Positions 40,434 to 50,120 of a stretch of DNA of 64,000 nucleotides are shown piece after piece. Location: assembly GCA_051654985.1 (NCBI GenBank), contig JBOFZC010000030.1:19920-83919 (forward strand), written 5' to 3'. Position numbers and translations under genes: made by a program. The DNA is from Rhabdaerophilum sp. Its GTDB lineage: Bacteria; Pseudomonadota; Alphaproteobacteria; Rhizobiales; Beijerinckiaceae. The notes under the pieces were generated by a model that saw only the letters and a list, made by a program, of their open reading frames with translations, ran no database searches and was not told the DNA's origin. The first letter of the stretch is position 1. Every line of letters starts with the position of its first letter.

Positions 40434-41257
40434 CAGCGCGCCTCCGGAGTTACTCTGGCATCAAAACCGATGCGCTGAAGGGCGGGCGAAGCAACGGGCT
40501 GATTGTCCGGATCAAGACGGAGATTGAAGAGGCAGGTAACCTCGTCCCCGTGCCGAAGGGTCCATTGGAAATTGACCTTGTCGATGACGAGAAAATTCCC
40601 CTCGCGGCGGAAATTGACGAGGCTCTCGTTCCGATCCTTGTCGACGATGAAGATCGCTGGCGTCTCGGTTTCGGGACGGAACTCGATCCAGGTCTTGACA
40701 CCATCATCGAAGGCGAGGACCGGTTTGATCCGGGTCGAGCCCTTGAAGCCATAGTCCGTATTGCCGTTGGCCCTGTTGAAGTCGCGCATGTTCGGCATCG
40801 CTGCCCGTTCCTTCGCCTTGGCGAGGAGGCGTTGATCGAGATCATCCTCGGGATAGCGAAAGCGTATCTTGAAGATCTGGCGCCTCGGATCGCGGAAGGC
40901 CGAGCGCAGGATGAAAGAATAGAGTCGCTTGTTCGTGACGACATTCAGGTTCGAATGCGCGTCCTTGTCGACTGGCTTGATGAAGATGATATTCCCGCGC
41001 CGATTGGGCTCGACCTTCCAGGCGATCGAATCCCCCAAAGCCAGCGTCTCGATTTTCTCATCCTCGCCAAGGATGATCATGGTCGAGACGCCGTAGCTCG
41101 CGTCGACGCCGACCACATTGTCTTTATTGTAGACGACATCGCGGACGCGCGGATCGAGCTGCCCGGCGCGCGGCGAGGATTCGGCACGTGACAGAGCGGG
41201 AGCCAAAAGGATCATCGCAGCGGCAAGAAAAGCACGGGTGATCGTCTGGAGCGTCAT
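40433..41257 (-). CDS. virB9: T4SS core protein
   Basis: DPRVRDVVY, FIKP, NLNVVTNKRLY, FDDGVKT, PAIF. ATGA overlap with virB8. Confidence 0.93.
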   Translation of the reverse strand: MTLQTITRAFLAAAMILLAPALSRAESSPRAGQLDPRVRDVVYNKDNVVGVDASYGVSTMIILGEDEKIETLALGDSIAWKVEPNRRGNIIFIKPVDKDAHSNLNVVTNKRLYSFILRSAFRDPRRQIFKIRFRYPEDDLDQRLLAKAKERAAMPNMRDFNRANGNTDYGFKGSTRIKPVLAFDDGVKTWIEFRPETETPAIFIVDKDRNESLVNFRREGNFLVIDKVNFQWTLRHGDEVTCLFNLRLDPDNQPVASPALQRIGFDARVTPEAR

Positions 41258-42003
41258 GGCTTGACCCCCGGAACGGTTCCCGGCGACGGCACCGTTTCCT
41301 GATCGCGACGATACTCCGTGACCTGAAACCCGAGGGGGTTCTCGAAGCGGTATTCGTTGCGGATCGGGGTCGAGGTGTAGCGAAAGCGGACGAGCGAGAC
41401 CCAATGACGGGTCACAATGTTGGTCTGGCTTTTTTCCTCGGTGGAGAAGCGCACGAGAGCAGTGCGGCTATTGGGGAAGGTCACGGATTTGATTGTGGTC
41501 GCGACAACGGTGTTGAGACCGAGAACCTTGATCGGGTTTTTCGGGTTCGCCGGCGAATAGATCTCGGTGAGTTCGCGTGCGGCGTCTCCGGTCGCAAGGA
41601 GTTGCGCGATCTCGAAATTTTCCTTCAAGGCCTTGGGATCGTAGGTCTCGCGCATCCGGATGTAGCGGACGACATTGAAGGTCGTGACCGCTTCGTCCTG
41701 ATTGAGCACGCCCTCGGCCATCGGGCGTTTAACCTCGACGAAGCCTGTCGCCTTGTCGACGACCACCATATAGGGCTCATAGGACTTCAATGGCACGAGC
41801 AGGACGAGCGCGAGAAGCGCTGTAACCGCAAGGATCGTCATGACGCTCGCGATGACCCAGGCGATGGCGCGGCTGTTCCGGTTGCGCCGCGCGATATCAT
41901 GCTCCCAGGTCCGGGCTTCGTCATAGTAGCGGGAAGCTGACAGGGGTGGCGGCGGAACGTTTCGCTGTGCTGGCGGCGCATGGTCCGCATTGGGGATGGT
42001 CAT
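41254..42003 (-). CDS. virB8: T4SS inner-membrane protein
   Basis: LVPLKSYEPYMVVVDKATG, YIRMRETYD, NPLGFQVTEYRRD. Confidence 0.93.
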   Translation of the reverse strand: MTIPNADHAPPAQRNVPPPPLSASRYYDEARTWEHDIARRNRNSRAIAWVIASVMTILAVTALLALVLLVPLKSYEPYMVVVDKATGFVEVKRPMAEGVLNQDEAVTTFNVVRYIRMRETYDPKALKENFEIAQLLATGDAARELTEIYSPANPKNPIKVLGLNTVVATTIKSVTFPNSRTALVRFSTEEKSQTNIVTRHWVSLVRFRYTSTPIRNEYRFENPLGFQVTEYRRDQETVPSPGTVPGVKP

Positions 42004-42060
42004 ATCAAGATCTCTGAAAATTCGTTCGGGGAGTGAAGGCGCGTTGGATTGCTTGCGCCG

Positions 42061-43143
42061 TCAGATCGGTTGCCTCAGCTGGTTTGCGAGGCGGTTCTGA
42101 TCAGGGTTTTCACGGGCTCGCCCAAGCGGAGCCGGCATCCCCGTTTCGCGATAGCCTGCGACGGTATTCTGCATCCGCGCCGAGCGGCGCGCCGCAATAC
42201 GCTCATTGATCGAGAGCATGTTCGTGCCCGGGATTCGGGCATTGCCTGCCGCGTTGAAGAAGCGTCCGAGGCGGGTATAACCCATGGGAATCCCGCCAGC
42301 GATGGAGGCTGCGACAGCGTTCAACTGGTGGAGCAGAAGGATGCCGATGATGGCGATGAGAATGACGGGCGCGACATCCGCGAATGTCGTCGTGTAGCTG
42401 TTATTTGCCGTGTTGAGACGATCGAAAAACTGATGGGTCAGGCCGACATAGAAGGCGATGAACGCGTAGACCATGACCTGCACAATGAAATACTGCACCA
42501 GCGTCGCGAACCAGCCGGAGAAGAAGCGCGAGGTCACCCCAAACAGAAGCAACACGATGAAGATCGGAGCGAGGCCAAGAAGCAGCCACATGAAGACCTT
42601 CGAGAGGATGATCAGGAAGAGCCCGAAGCCGATCAGGATGGCCATGGCGATCAGCAGAGCCGTCGCGATGAAATAGGGGCCGGGATTGGTGATGCCCGCG
42701 TTCTTGACGAAGGCCGCGACCGCATTTCCCGTCGTATCCCAGAGGTTCTGGAGCGCGGTCTGGACGGCATTGACCGAGGTCAGGTTGATCGATAGCCCCG
42801 TATTGTTCATGGAGCCGACCGTGTTGAGGAGCGAGTTACCGATCGCAGCGGGCCCATCATTCATGGCCGTGTAGACGAGGCTCTGGAAACTGCCCCACTC
42901 GGTCGCGAGCGTGTAGATCAGGAAGGCCCGGAAGAGCCGGAAGGCGTGATCGGCAGGGCCACCGCTGGCTGTTCCCTGCCAGATCCCGATCCCCCAGAAA
43001 ATGACGTAGAGCGTCAACATCAGGCCGCCGACCGAGACGGGTCCGCCATCCGTCAGGGCCTGAGCCAGCGCGCCATAGGCATTGGCGACGTAGGTGTTCC
43101 CTGCACGGTCCACGTTGCTGAGGAGATCGGTGACGAGTGACAT
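42061..43143 (-). CDS. virB6: T4SS polytopic membrane protein
   Basis: Multiple TM helices, LGLAPIFI..LLF..TSRFFSGW. Position between virB7 and virB8. Confidence 0.9.
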   Translation of the reverse strand: MSLVTDLLSNVDRAGNTYVANAYGALAQALTDGGPVSVGGLMLTLYVIFWGIGIWQGTASGGPADHAFRLFRAFLIYTLATEWGSFQSLVYTAMNDGPAAIGNSLLNTVGSMNNTGLSINLTSVNAVQTALQNLWDTTGNAVAAFVKNAGITNPGPYFIATALLIAMAILIGFGLFLIILSKVFMWLLLGLAPIFIVLLLFGVTSRFFSGWFATLVQYFIVQVMVYAFIAFYVGLTHQFFDRLNTANNSYTTTFADVAPVILIAIIGILLLHQLNAVAASIAGGIPMGYTRLGRFFNAAGNARIPGTNMLSINERIAARRSARMQNTVAGYRETGMPAPLGRARENPDQNRLANQLRQPI

Positions 43144-43159
43144 CGGGCGACAGGTCCAA

Positions 43160-43348
43160 TCAGAGCGGGCGCAAAGGGCCGCATTCCGCGGCCGGAAGAA
43201 GCGCCGCAAGGGGCTCGGGCAAGATCGACATGACGAATGACGAGAGCGGCTGGGCATCACCGGGCTCACAGGGCGCCTTGAGTGGCCTGTGCCCACAGGC
43301 GCTGAGCAGAACCGCAAGGCCTATCACTTTAAAAAGCTTCCCGATCAT
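43160..43348 (-). CDS. virB7: Small lipoprotein (VirB7-like)
   Basis: Lipobox LSAC, second Cys in KAPC, ATGA overlap with the upstream gene. Confidence 0.7.
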   Translation of the reverse strand: MIGKLFKVIGLAVLLSACGHRPLKAPCEPGDAQPLSSFVMSILPEPLAALLPAAECGPLRPL

Positions 43349-44100
43349 CGCGCAGCACCATCTGGCGTATTGGTCGCGTTGAAAGGGCGATAGGTCATGG
43401 CATTGGCGGCGGCAGAAGCGGCAGCGAGACGGTCGAGATTGGCCTGATTGGTCGCGGTCACCGCTGTGTTCACGACACCGGTCAGTTCGTTCACGGTCTG
43501 CCCGGTTTGGATCTGCACTTGGGTGTTCTGGTCGATCGATCCTTTGAGATCGGGAGCCGAGCCGATCTGGTTTCCGCCCTGCATGAAAGCCGAGCTCCTT
43601 TGCTGAACGGCGCCCTGCGTCGCCGAGACGAGACCGGTGATGGTCGCCGCGACATTGACCGAGTTCTGGTAGGCCTGATCCGTCGGACGTGACGAACCAT
43701 TGATGAGGCCCGTGATCGAGCGGACGAGCTGCAGCCCGTTGATGAGGTTCGAGACGATTCCCTGGGCATCCGAACCCATCCCACCAAAAGCGAGCGTGCC
43801 GCCGGAGATCACGGAACCAAGGGAGGGCGCGCTGGCCATCGTGAACCCGCCGCCAAGAGCCATCTGGGCGAGCGACCCTTGCGCGACAGAGGAGCGATCG
43901 CCGGTGATCGCCTGCAAGGTCCGCTGTGTGTTCGTCAGGATCTCCCGGTCCGTCTCGAGGATCTGTCGCGTGGAGGAGGCGATCTCCTGCGCTTTGGCGA
44001 GATTGGCAGCATCATTCACAGGGACCTGCGCCAGGGCGGTTCCGCAACCAAGGCAAAGGAGGAGACCACCCAGGGCCGTGGAAATGCTCGAATGACGCAT
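43345..44100 (-). CDS. virB5: VirB5-like minor pilin, copy 1
   Basis: Signal peptide then QVPVND, DLKGSIDQN...Q..NEL helical region. Confidence 0.75.
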   Translation of the reverse strand: MRHSSISTALGGLLLCLGCGTALAQVPVNDAANLAKAQEIASSTRQILETDREILTNTQRTLQAITGDRSSVAQGSLAQMALGGGFTMASAPSLGSVISGGTLAFGGMGSDAQGIVSNLINGLQLVRSITGLINGSSRPTDQAYQNSVNVAATITGLVSATQGAVQQRSSAFMQGGNQIGSAPDLKGSIDQNTQVQIQTGQTVNELTGVVNTAVTATNQANLDRLAAASAAANAMTYRPFNATNTPDGAAR

Positions 44101-44110
44101 GGGAGTTCCT

Positions 44111-45034
44111 TCAGTTTTGACCGACAGCGCGCGCGCGGCTCGCAGCGAGTGCTTCAACGAGATCGGCTTCGGTGATCGTTCTGGTGTTGGGCTGCCTCGG
44201 TGCTGCAACCGGGGTGTCGAGCACGCGTCGGGAGGCAAATTCGAGATAGGTCAGGACATTGCCGTGGCTGTCGGTGTAGCGCCTGACGATGCAGGCGGGA
44301 TCAACCGGGGTGCCTGAGGGCGTCGTCGAACATTGGGAAGGGCGGCAGGGATCTGCATTCGTCCCGGAGCCGGTCATCCCTGCCGGGCAGGTTCGCCCTG
44401 GCAAAACAGGTGGTTGTGGCCCGACAAATACCCTCGCGCCTTGGCTGGAGTCACTCTGGTTCGCCAGATTGAGCGCATTCAGGGCCTGAACGAGGAGGTT
44501 TGCCGTGGCGATGGTCTGGTTCCAGCTCATCCCGTTCTGGACGCGGATTGAGGTGTTCTGGTCGAAGGCTTCCATGACGGTTTTCGTGGAGCCGACCTCA
44601 CCAGTGCGGGCTCGGTAGGCCCCTTGTGTTGCTTGAACCGTGCCTTGCGCCGCCTCGACGCCGGAGATGACCTTCCCGGTTTCTGATCCGAGTTGCTGTT
44701 CGCTGAGCGTGCCGCCCGTAGTACCGGGCTGTGGCGCTGCCGGCATGCCGGGCGTGTAACCCTGCACGGCGTTCGATCCCGTCGCGGGATTGGTCTGGCT
44801 CTCCGGATTCTTCACATTGCCACGGCCGCCTTTGGTCACTGCGCAGTTGATCCCCTCGCGTTTTCTTTTGTGATCGAGAAGGATCGTTTTCAGCTCGGTC
44901 TTGTGCCCGCTTTCCTGCGCTTTTCGCTCAAGGATCGCGGAATCGCGGACAGGCACATTCGCGTAAGCCGTGCCGGCGCCGATGAACATCCAGCCGACTA
45001 CGCCGAGGAAGGGGACAGAGCGAAGCTGCTTCAT
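44111..45034 (-). CDS. VirB5-like protein, copy 2, with Cys/Pro-rich tail
   Basis: Signal peptide then NVPVRD, TVMEAFDQNTSIRVQN. ATGA overlap with the virB4 stop. Confidence 0.7.
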   Translation of the reverse strand: MKQLRSVPFLGVVGWMFIGAGTAYANVPVRDSAILERKAQESGHKTELKTILLDHKRKREGINCAVTKGGRGNVKNPESQTNPATGSNAVQGYTPGMPAAPQPGTTGGTLSEQQLGSETGKVISGVEAAQGTVQATQGAYRARTGEVGSTKTVMEAFDQNTSIRVQNGMSWNQTIATANLLVQALNALNLANQSDSSQGARVFVGPQPPVLPGRTCPAGMTGSGTNADPCRPSQCSTTPSGTPVDPACIVRRYTDSHGNVLTYLEFASRRVLDTPVAAPRQPNTRTITEADLVEALAASRARAVGQN

Positions 45035-47460
45035 GCCGGGTTTCCTCCCGATGCTGAGGCGCGTCCCATGAATATAGGCAGCCAGATTGAGGGGTCGGTT
45101 CCGACCGTCCCCATCAGGAGTTCGAGCTCGGCGACGGTTTCCGTCCGGCCCGAGAGGACCTTGATGAGATCGCTCATGCCGGAAAGGTTGAGTTTGGCGA
45201 TGACACTGTCCTGCCCGTGCTTGATCAGGAAGGAGCGCTGCTCCGGTACGGAAGTCCGGATCCATTCGACCTCACGCGCCGAGAGCCTGAAGGCCTTCCG
45301 GTAGCTCTCGTCATCCGCCTTGGGGTTCGGGAAAAAGATATTGGTAGAGGTCTGTTCGATCAGGGTGTTGGCTGATTTCGAACGGACGATATCGGCTGCG
45401 GATTGAGTTCCAAACCCGATGATCCCGTTCTGCTTCCTGATCGTCTTGAGCTTGTCCTTGATGAAGGAAGCGAAGACCTCATCGTCGAGAAGCCGCCAGC
45501 CCTCGTCGAGGAAGATCATGACGGGATCGCCATTCAGCAGCTCGTTCGTCCGGTGGAAGATATACATCAGCGCAGCTGTGCGAATGACCGGGTCATCCAG
45601 CACCCGGGTCATGTCGAAGCCGTAGATTGAACCAAGCGAAAATTTGTCTGTCTCGTTATTGAAGAGCCAGCCGCGCTGATCCGGCTTCAGCCAGGTCTCG
45701 AGACGCCCGAGAAGATCGCCCTCGCTCGCGCGAATGCGACCGCGGAGGAGAGTGGCGAAGGCGGGAAGTGTCTTGCCTTCGACGGGGCCAGTCAGAACCG
45801 CAGCGATCGCGTTGCGGATCACCTGCTCTTCGGATGCTGACATCAGCCGATCATCGACCGGTTTTAACATGTAGGCAAAGAGCTGGAACAGGAACTCGCG
45901 GTTTTCGCCATTGTCCGGAAGCGCCAGCGGATTGAAGCCCGTGGGCTCGCCCGGTGAGAGTACTTCATATTGCCCGCCCATGGCGCGGATGAAGATTTCA
46001 GCGCCCCGATCCTTGTCGACAAAGAGGAGCTTCGGACGCGGCACAATCCGCTGCGCCTGAGCTGACAGAAACGACAGGAAGACTGTCTTTCCCGAACCTG
46101 AGGGCCCGACCACCGTGAAATTCCCGAGATCGCGGATATGGGCATTGAAATAATACGCCGTCTGGGAGCTCGTCTCGAAGACCGAGAGTGCGGGTCCCCA
46201 ATGGTTCCCCTTGGCTTGTCCCGAGGGGTAATTGTGGAGCGAAGCAAAGCCGGAGAAATTCTTCGAGGAAAGTGTGGCTTTACGCGCGATATAGGCGAAA
46301 TTCCCGGGGAGCTGCGCCCAGAAGGCCGGCTCGCAATTGAGATCCTCGCGCACCCAGATGACGGAGCGATCCGTAAGCGCTGCGCCAAGCGCGGTAATCG
46401 CGGCATTGACCTCGTGGAGATTGCGCCCGAGCGGCATCACCGAGAAATGGTGCTCGCCATAGATTGCTTCAGACGCGAGAAGCTCGTCCCTTGCGATCGC
46501 GAGATGGTCAGCGACGACGGATTCTGCTTCATCCGACATATCGACCTGGCGCGTCACGCGATCGATCTGTTTGGCGGCTTCAGGACGATCGATGATCGCA
46601 AAACTCTGGGTCAGGATAAACTCGTGCGGGACCTTCAGAAGGAGGTCCAGGGATCCCGGCCCGGAAAAGGCAGGGTATTCCCGGATCGAGAGCATCGCGC
46701 CGAAGCGCGTTTCGGCATCGGACGCTCCTCGGATTTCGATGGCATTGCGACCGAAGAAGATGCGCTTCTGGGAGAGCGCTTCATCGAGCGGCATGCGCGG
46801 CAGGGGCATGGGACGCGGCACACCGCCATTGACGAGCTGGAGCAGGAACTCGAGCGGCTCGGAATGCCAGATGCCGTCACGGGCTTCAACCGAAAGGCTT
46901 CGTGCGCCATAGGCACCGAGGGTTTCGCGAATGGCGGTCGTCACATCACTGAGTTCAGAGAGAGCTTCCGCTTCGTCCGCAGAATGGCCGCCAGCGGTCT
47001 TCTTGCCGAGAATGGCTGCAAGGAGACCTTCGAAATTGCCGGCCTGTCCCTGGAGTGGGCGGCGGAGAATCGTCAAGTAGATGTCGTTGACGAACATCCG
47101 GCGTTTCCCGAGCGCCTGATGGTAGCGACGGTCGAGCTCGGCACAGAAAGCGTTGTCAAAGGTCGAAGGGATGCCCGGTTCGACCTCCCGGCGGATGATG
47201 TGCTGGTAAAGTGCGAAACGGGAATTCCCGAGCATGCGCACGAGATCGTTACGCGCCATCATGCGTGCGTTGATCTCGCTCATATCCGCCGTCTCGAAAC
47301 AGTAACCCTCGAGCTTGAGCGTCGTCAGGAGGAGGCCCGTCTTAGTCCTGATGGTGCGATCATCGACATGACGGGCATAGGGGATATGGATCCCGAGCGG
47401 GCGCTCGCGACTGGCAGCCGTCCCAAAGGTCATTTCCGAGAGAAGTGCCCGCGCAACCAT
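45031..47460 (-). CDS. virB4: T4SS ATPase
   Basis: FWAQLPGN, GPSGSGKT, DKDRG, GFNPL, FLDEGW, RKQNG. Confidence 0.95.
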   Translation of the reverse strand: MVARALLSEMTFGTAASRERPLGIHIPYARHVDDRTIRTKTGLLLTTLKLEGYCFETADMSEINARMMARNDLVRMLGNSRFALYQHIIRREVEPGIPSTFDNAFCAELDRRYHQALGKRRMFVNDIYLTILRRPLQGQAGNFEGLLAAILGKKTAGGHSADEAEALSELSDVTTAIRETLGAYGARSLSVEARDGIWHSEPLEFLLQLVNGGVPRPMPLPRMPLDEALSQKRIFFGRNAIEIRGASDAETRFGAMLSIREYPAFSGPGSLDLLLKVPHEFILTQSFAIIDRPEAAKQIDRVTRQVDMSDEAESVVADHLAIARDELLASEAIYGEHHFSVMPLGRNLHEVNAAITALGAALTDRSVIWVREDLNCEPAFWAQLPGNFAYIARKATLSSKNFSGFASLHNYPSGQAKGNHWGPALSVFETSSQTAYYFNAHIRDLGNFTVVGPSGSGKTVFLSFLSAQAQRIVPRPKLLFVDKDRGAEIFIRAMGGQYEVLSPGEPTGFNPLALPDNGENREFLFQLFAYMLKPVDDRLMSASEEQVIRNAIAAVLTGPVEGKTLPAFATLLRGRIRASEGDLLGRLETWLKPDQRGWLFNNETDKFSLGSIYGFDMTRVLDDPVIRTAALMYIFHRTNELLNGDPVMIFLDEGWRLLDDEVFASFIKDKLKTIRKQNGIIGFGTQSAADIVRSKSANTLIEQTSTNIFFPNPKADDESYRKAFRLSAREVEWIRTSVPEQRSFLIKHGQDSVIAKLNLSGMSDLIKVLSGRTETVAELELLMGTVGTDPSIWLPIFMGRASASGGNPA

Positions 47461-47467
47461 CCCTGCC

Positions 47468-47764
47468 TCACACGGAATAGCTGTCCGCGCCCCAGAAGGC
47501 GCGAGAGCGGGGTGGGCATTTCGTGGAGCGAACGAAGAGAATCTCGAAGATCCTCTCATCGCGCAGGGTCATCACGAACCCGAAGAGATGGAGCGGGATC
47601 GCAACGAGCAGCATGGCCAAGTTGTGGCTCGCCAGAAAGATGACGGCGGTCGCGACGCCGTTCATCATAAAATACATGTAGGGAACGCCCATCAGCGTCG
47701 GCGCGCGCGTCAGAGCCCTGACGAGCGGGACGATCAGGGGCTTTTCGAGATCGTTCTCGGTCAT
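47468..47764 (-). CDS. virB3: T4SS protein
   Basis: PLVRALTRAPTLMGVPY, FWGADSY. Confidence 0.92.
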   Translation of the reverse strand: MTENDLEKPLIVPLVRALTRAPTLMGVPYMYFMMNGVATAVIFLASHNLAMLLVAIPLHLFGFVMTLRDERIFEILFVRSTKCPPRSRAFWGADSYSV

Positions 47765-48111
47765 CGGCCCACAGCCGACTGGAAGAACTGGACGATCTGC
47801 GCGGAGCCAAAGACCAGTACGATCCCGAAGATGACTGAGCCGGCGATGCCCCAGGTCAACCGGCCAGTGAAGGCAAGGAAGCCGCAGGCGATGACCGCGA
47901 GAATGGCAAGCGAAGTCGCGATCGGTCCGGTCAGAGCCTGAACAAGGGTCTGGAGCGTCGATTGCACCGGCTGGAGCGTGCCTTGCGCGAAGGCCTCACC
48001 AGCGAAAACGAGGAATGCGAGGGCAATCCCTGCGAAGCGACCGGCTAGGCATGGGGCAGAGTGCCCAGTGAAACGTGCGGTCAAACGTTGAAACGCAAAG
48101 GTCATGATCAT
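47761..48111 (-). CDS. virB2: Major pilin
   Basis: Long signal peptide AFA|Q, LTGPIATSLAILAVIACG..AFTGRL.W, two hydrophobic helices. Confidence 0.92.
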   Translation of the reverse strand: MIMTFAFQRLTARFTGHSAPCLAGRFAGIALAFLVFAGEAFAQGTLQPVQSTLQTLVQALTGPIATSLAILAVIACGFLAFTGRLTWGIAGSVIFGIVLVFGSAQIVQFFQSAVGR

Positions 48112-48900
48112 TTACTCGAGGTTGAAGACAAAGCCCGAGACCCAGCGGGGATCGGAGTTACTGGTTTGGGGGGTGCGATTGGCGGCGGCTTGCGGCGCAG
48201 CCACAGCTGGTGGCGCTCCCGCTTTTCTGGTGCTCTGTGGCCGATTAGCTGCCGCGAGTTCGCCCGGAGGCGTCGCAAGCTCGTTCAGCGCTGTCACGAT
48301 GAACCGCAGGGTCTCCGAGCGCTCGGGAATTCCCCCGCTCGTGAGGAAGGCTTCCTCACCCTCGCGATAGGCTGTGAGGTGGTGAACCGACGCTGGGTAG
48401 AGCTGACGCATGCGTGCGAGATGCGCGACAGCCTTGCGAATGGCGCCTTCCTGATCGGCGCAGGATCCCTCCGCAGACCCCTGTTTGAGCATCGCAGCGC
48501 CTGTTGCGGATGTATCAGGACCCACAAGGCCTTCTGCGCGGATCACGGCGACAACCAGATCTTGCGACAGCCCGATCCGCTCCGCCTCCGCCTCCGCGAT
48601 CTTTCGGATCTCGGCCGGCCGCATGCGGCGCCCGGATGTGCATTCCCTCCCTGGATGCACCGCGTCGACATTCACAGCGGCCAAGGGAACAACACGCCCA
48701 TGCGCGTCGAGAATGGCGTTTGGCTGCGGCGCGGGCGCCTCGCGAAGCGACACGCGCGTCGGCGGCAGTCGCGCCTCGACCTTTGCCGACATGTGGGCAG
48801 GCGATCCGGCGGGATTTTGCGCGTTCTGCGCCATCACGGCTCCTGATCCGGCGACAAGAAGGGCGAGGCCGGCGCTAAAAATTCGAATCATGGGGATCAC
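48112..48900 (-). CDS. VirB1-like SLT-fold protein, degenerate
   Basis: First gene of the operon. AVIRAE, AYREGE, GGIP..SET echo SLT motifs, but the GLMQ motif is absent. Confidence 0.65.
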   Translation of the reverse strand: MIPMIRIFSAGLALLVAGSGAVMAQNAQNPAGSPAHMSAKVEARLPPTRVSLREAPAPQPNAILDAHGRVVPLAAVNVDAVHPGRECTSGRRMRPAEIRKIAEAEAERIGLSQDLVVAVIRAEGLVGPDTSATGAAMLKQGSAEGSCADQEGAIRKAVAHLARMRQLYPASVHHLTAYREGEEAFLTSGGIPERSETLRFIVTALNELATPPGELAAANRPQSTRKAGAPPAVAAPQAAANRTPQTSNSDPRWVSGFVFNLE

Positions 48901-49001
48901 CGTTCTGGGGTTGCGGTGATCTCTTTCAAGCGATATGCAATAAACAATGTATTAAAGTCAACGCAACAAATGCTCCTTTTTGGGGCGGGTCGAGTCTCCA
49001 C

Positions 49002-49541
49002 ATGTTTCTGGTATTTCTGCTGCGTCGATATGCGATTGCAGGCGCCACCGGCGCGATCCTGGCAGTGATGCCTTCTCTACCTGCACGCGCGCAGGATGCC
49101 TCTTTCGGCTGCAAGGTTCTGCTCTGCGCTGCTGCTTCGAACCCGTCCTGGTCCGGCATTCCCTACTGCGTGCCGGTGATGACGCAGCTTTTCCGGATGC
49201 TCGCTCGTGGTCGTCCCTGGCCAACTTGCCCGGAAGGCAATGCTGGCGGCCTCGGTTATGATCCTTATCTCCCCTGCCTGGCGCCTATGATCGCCTATTC
49301 CGGGGGGCGCCCGACGGGCGGTGACAATGGTCCCGAGCCCTTGCGGCCCGATCCCAATGGCGACCAATGCGCGGATCCGGCGCGGCTCGAACGCGCCTGC
49401 CCGAGCCGTGGTGACAATGGGCCGGTCTGTGATCCGGCCGACCTCCCAATCCCAAGGCCCCAACGAGATAACCCGCATTACGTCGACATCACCTCCGGCG
49501 GTCAGACCACGCGGTTCTATTTTTCGCTTCGGGGCTATTGA
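49002..49541 (+). CDS. Secreted Cys-rich protein, TrbM/KikA-like pattern
   Basis: AQDASFGCKVLLCAA...PYCVP...WPTCP. Family assignment rests on the Cys pattern only. Confidence 0.65.
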   Translation: MFLVFLLRRYAIAGATGAILAVMPSLPARAQDASFGCKVLLCAAASNPSWSGIPYCVPVMTQLFRMLARGRPWPTCPEGNAGGLGYDPYLPCLAPMIAYSGGRPTGGDNGPEPLRPDPNGDQCADPARLERACPSRGDNGPVCDPADLPIPRPQRDNPHYVDITSGGQTTRFYFSLRGY

Positions 49542-49544
49542 GCG

Positions 49545-50120
49545 ATGGCCCGATCAAGCCTGTTGTTGGTCGCGGGTGTGTTCGTGGCGTTGTTCCCTGC
49601 GGCAGCCCAAACATCGCCTTGGGCTGCCATCCCCGAGAATGCAGTTTTTGATACCGGTGATAGCTGGAACGTCGGGGGACAGCGTTTCAGGCTCTATGGC
49701 GTGCAAGCCTGCTTGCGAGGCACATCCTTCACCAATGCATCGGGCCAGAAGCGGGACTGCGGCGAAGCGAGCCTCGCCATGCTGATCAGCCTGATCCGGG
49801 ATTATCGGCCACTCTGTGCGCCCGTCCTTGAAGGCGCACCCAACGGTATCCGCTACGTGACTTGTGTTGCGGCATCCAAGGGAAGCCCATCGTCAGGATC
49901 TCGGATCGACCTTGGGACCGCGCTTATTGCCTCAGGTTTCGCATTCGCCGCTCTGCAGCCTGACGGCAAGCCGGTTCACCTGCCCTATTTCGTGGCGGAG
50001 CTTGATGCGAAGCGGGCGAAGGCAGGCCTTTGGGCCTTTGCCGATTTACCAGAGCCTGGGCCGATCATCCTCAAGACGCTCCGCGCGGTTCAACCCGCTG
50101 CAACAGGAGCGCCGCGATGA
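49545..50120 (+). CDS. Thermonuclease (SNase)-fold secreted protein
   Basis: DTGDS...FRLYGVQAC, DCGEAS, DLGTALIASGFA, AKRAKAGLWA. Confidence 0.82.
   Translation: MARSSLLLVAGVFVALFPAAAQTSPWAAIPENAVFDTGDSWNVGGQRFRLYGVQACLRGTSFTNASGQKRDCGEASLAMLISLIRDYRPLCAPVLEGAPNGIRYVTCVAASKGSPSSGSRIDLGTALIASGFAFAALQPDGKPVHLPYFVAELDAKRAKAGLWAFADLPEPGPIILKTLRAVQPAATGAPR

Noticed and set aside
46138-47643. 501-aa plus-strand ORF
   Set aside because: Antisense to virB4/virB3.
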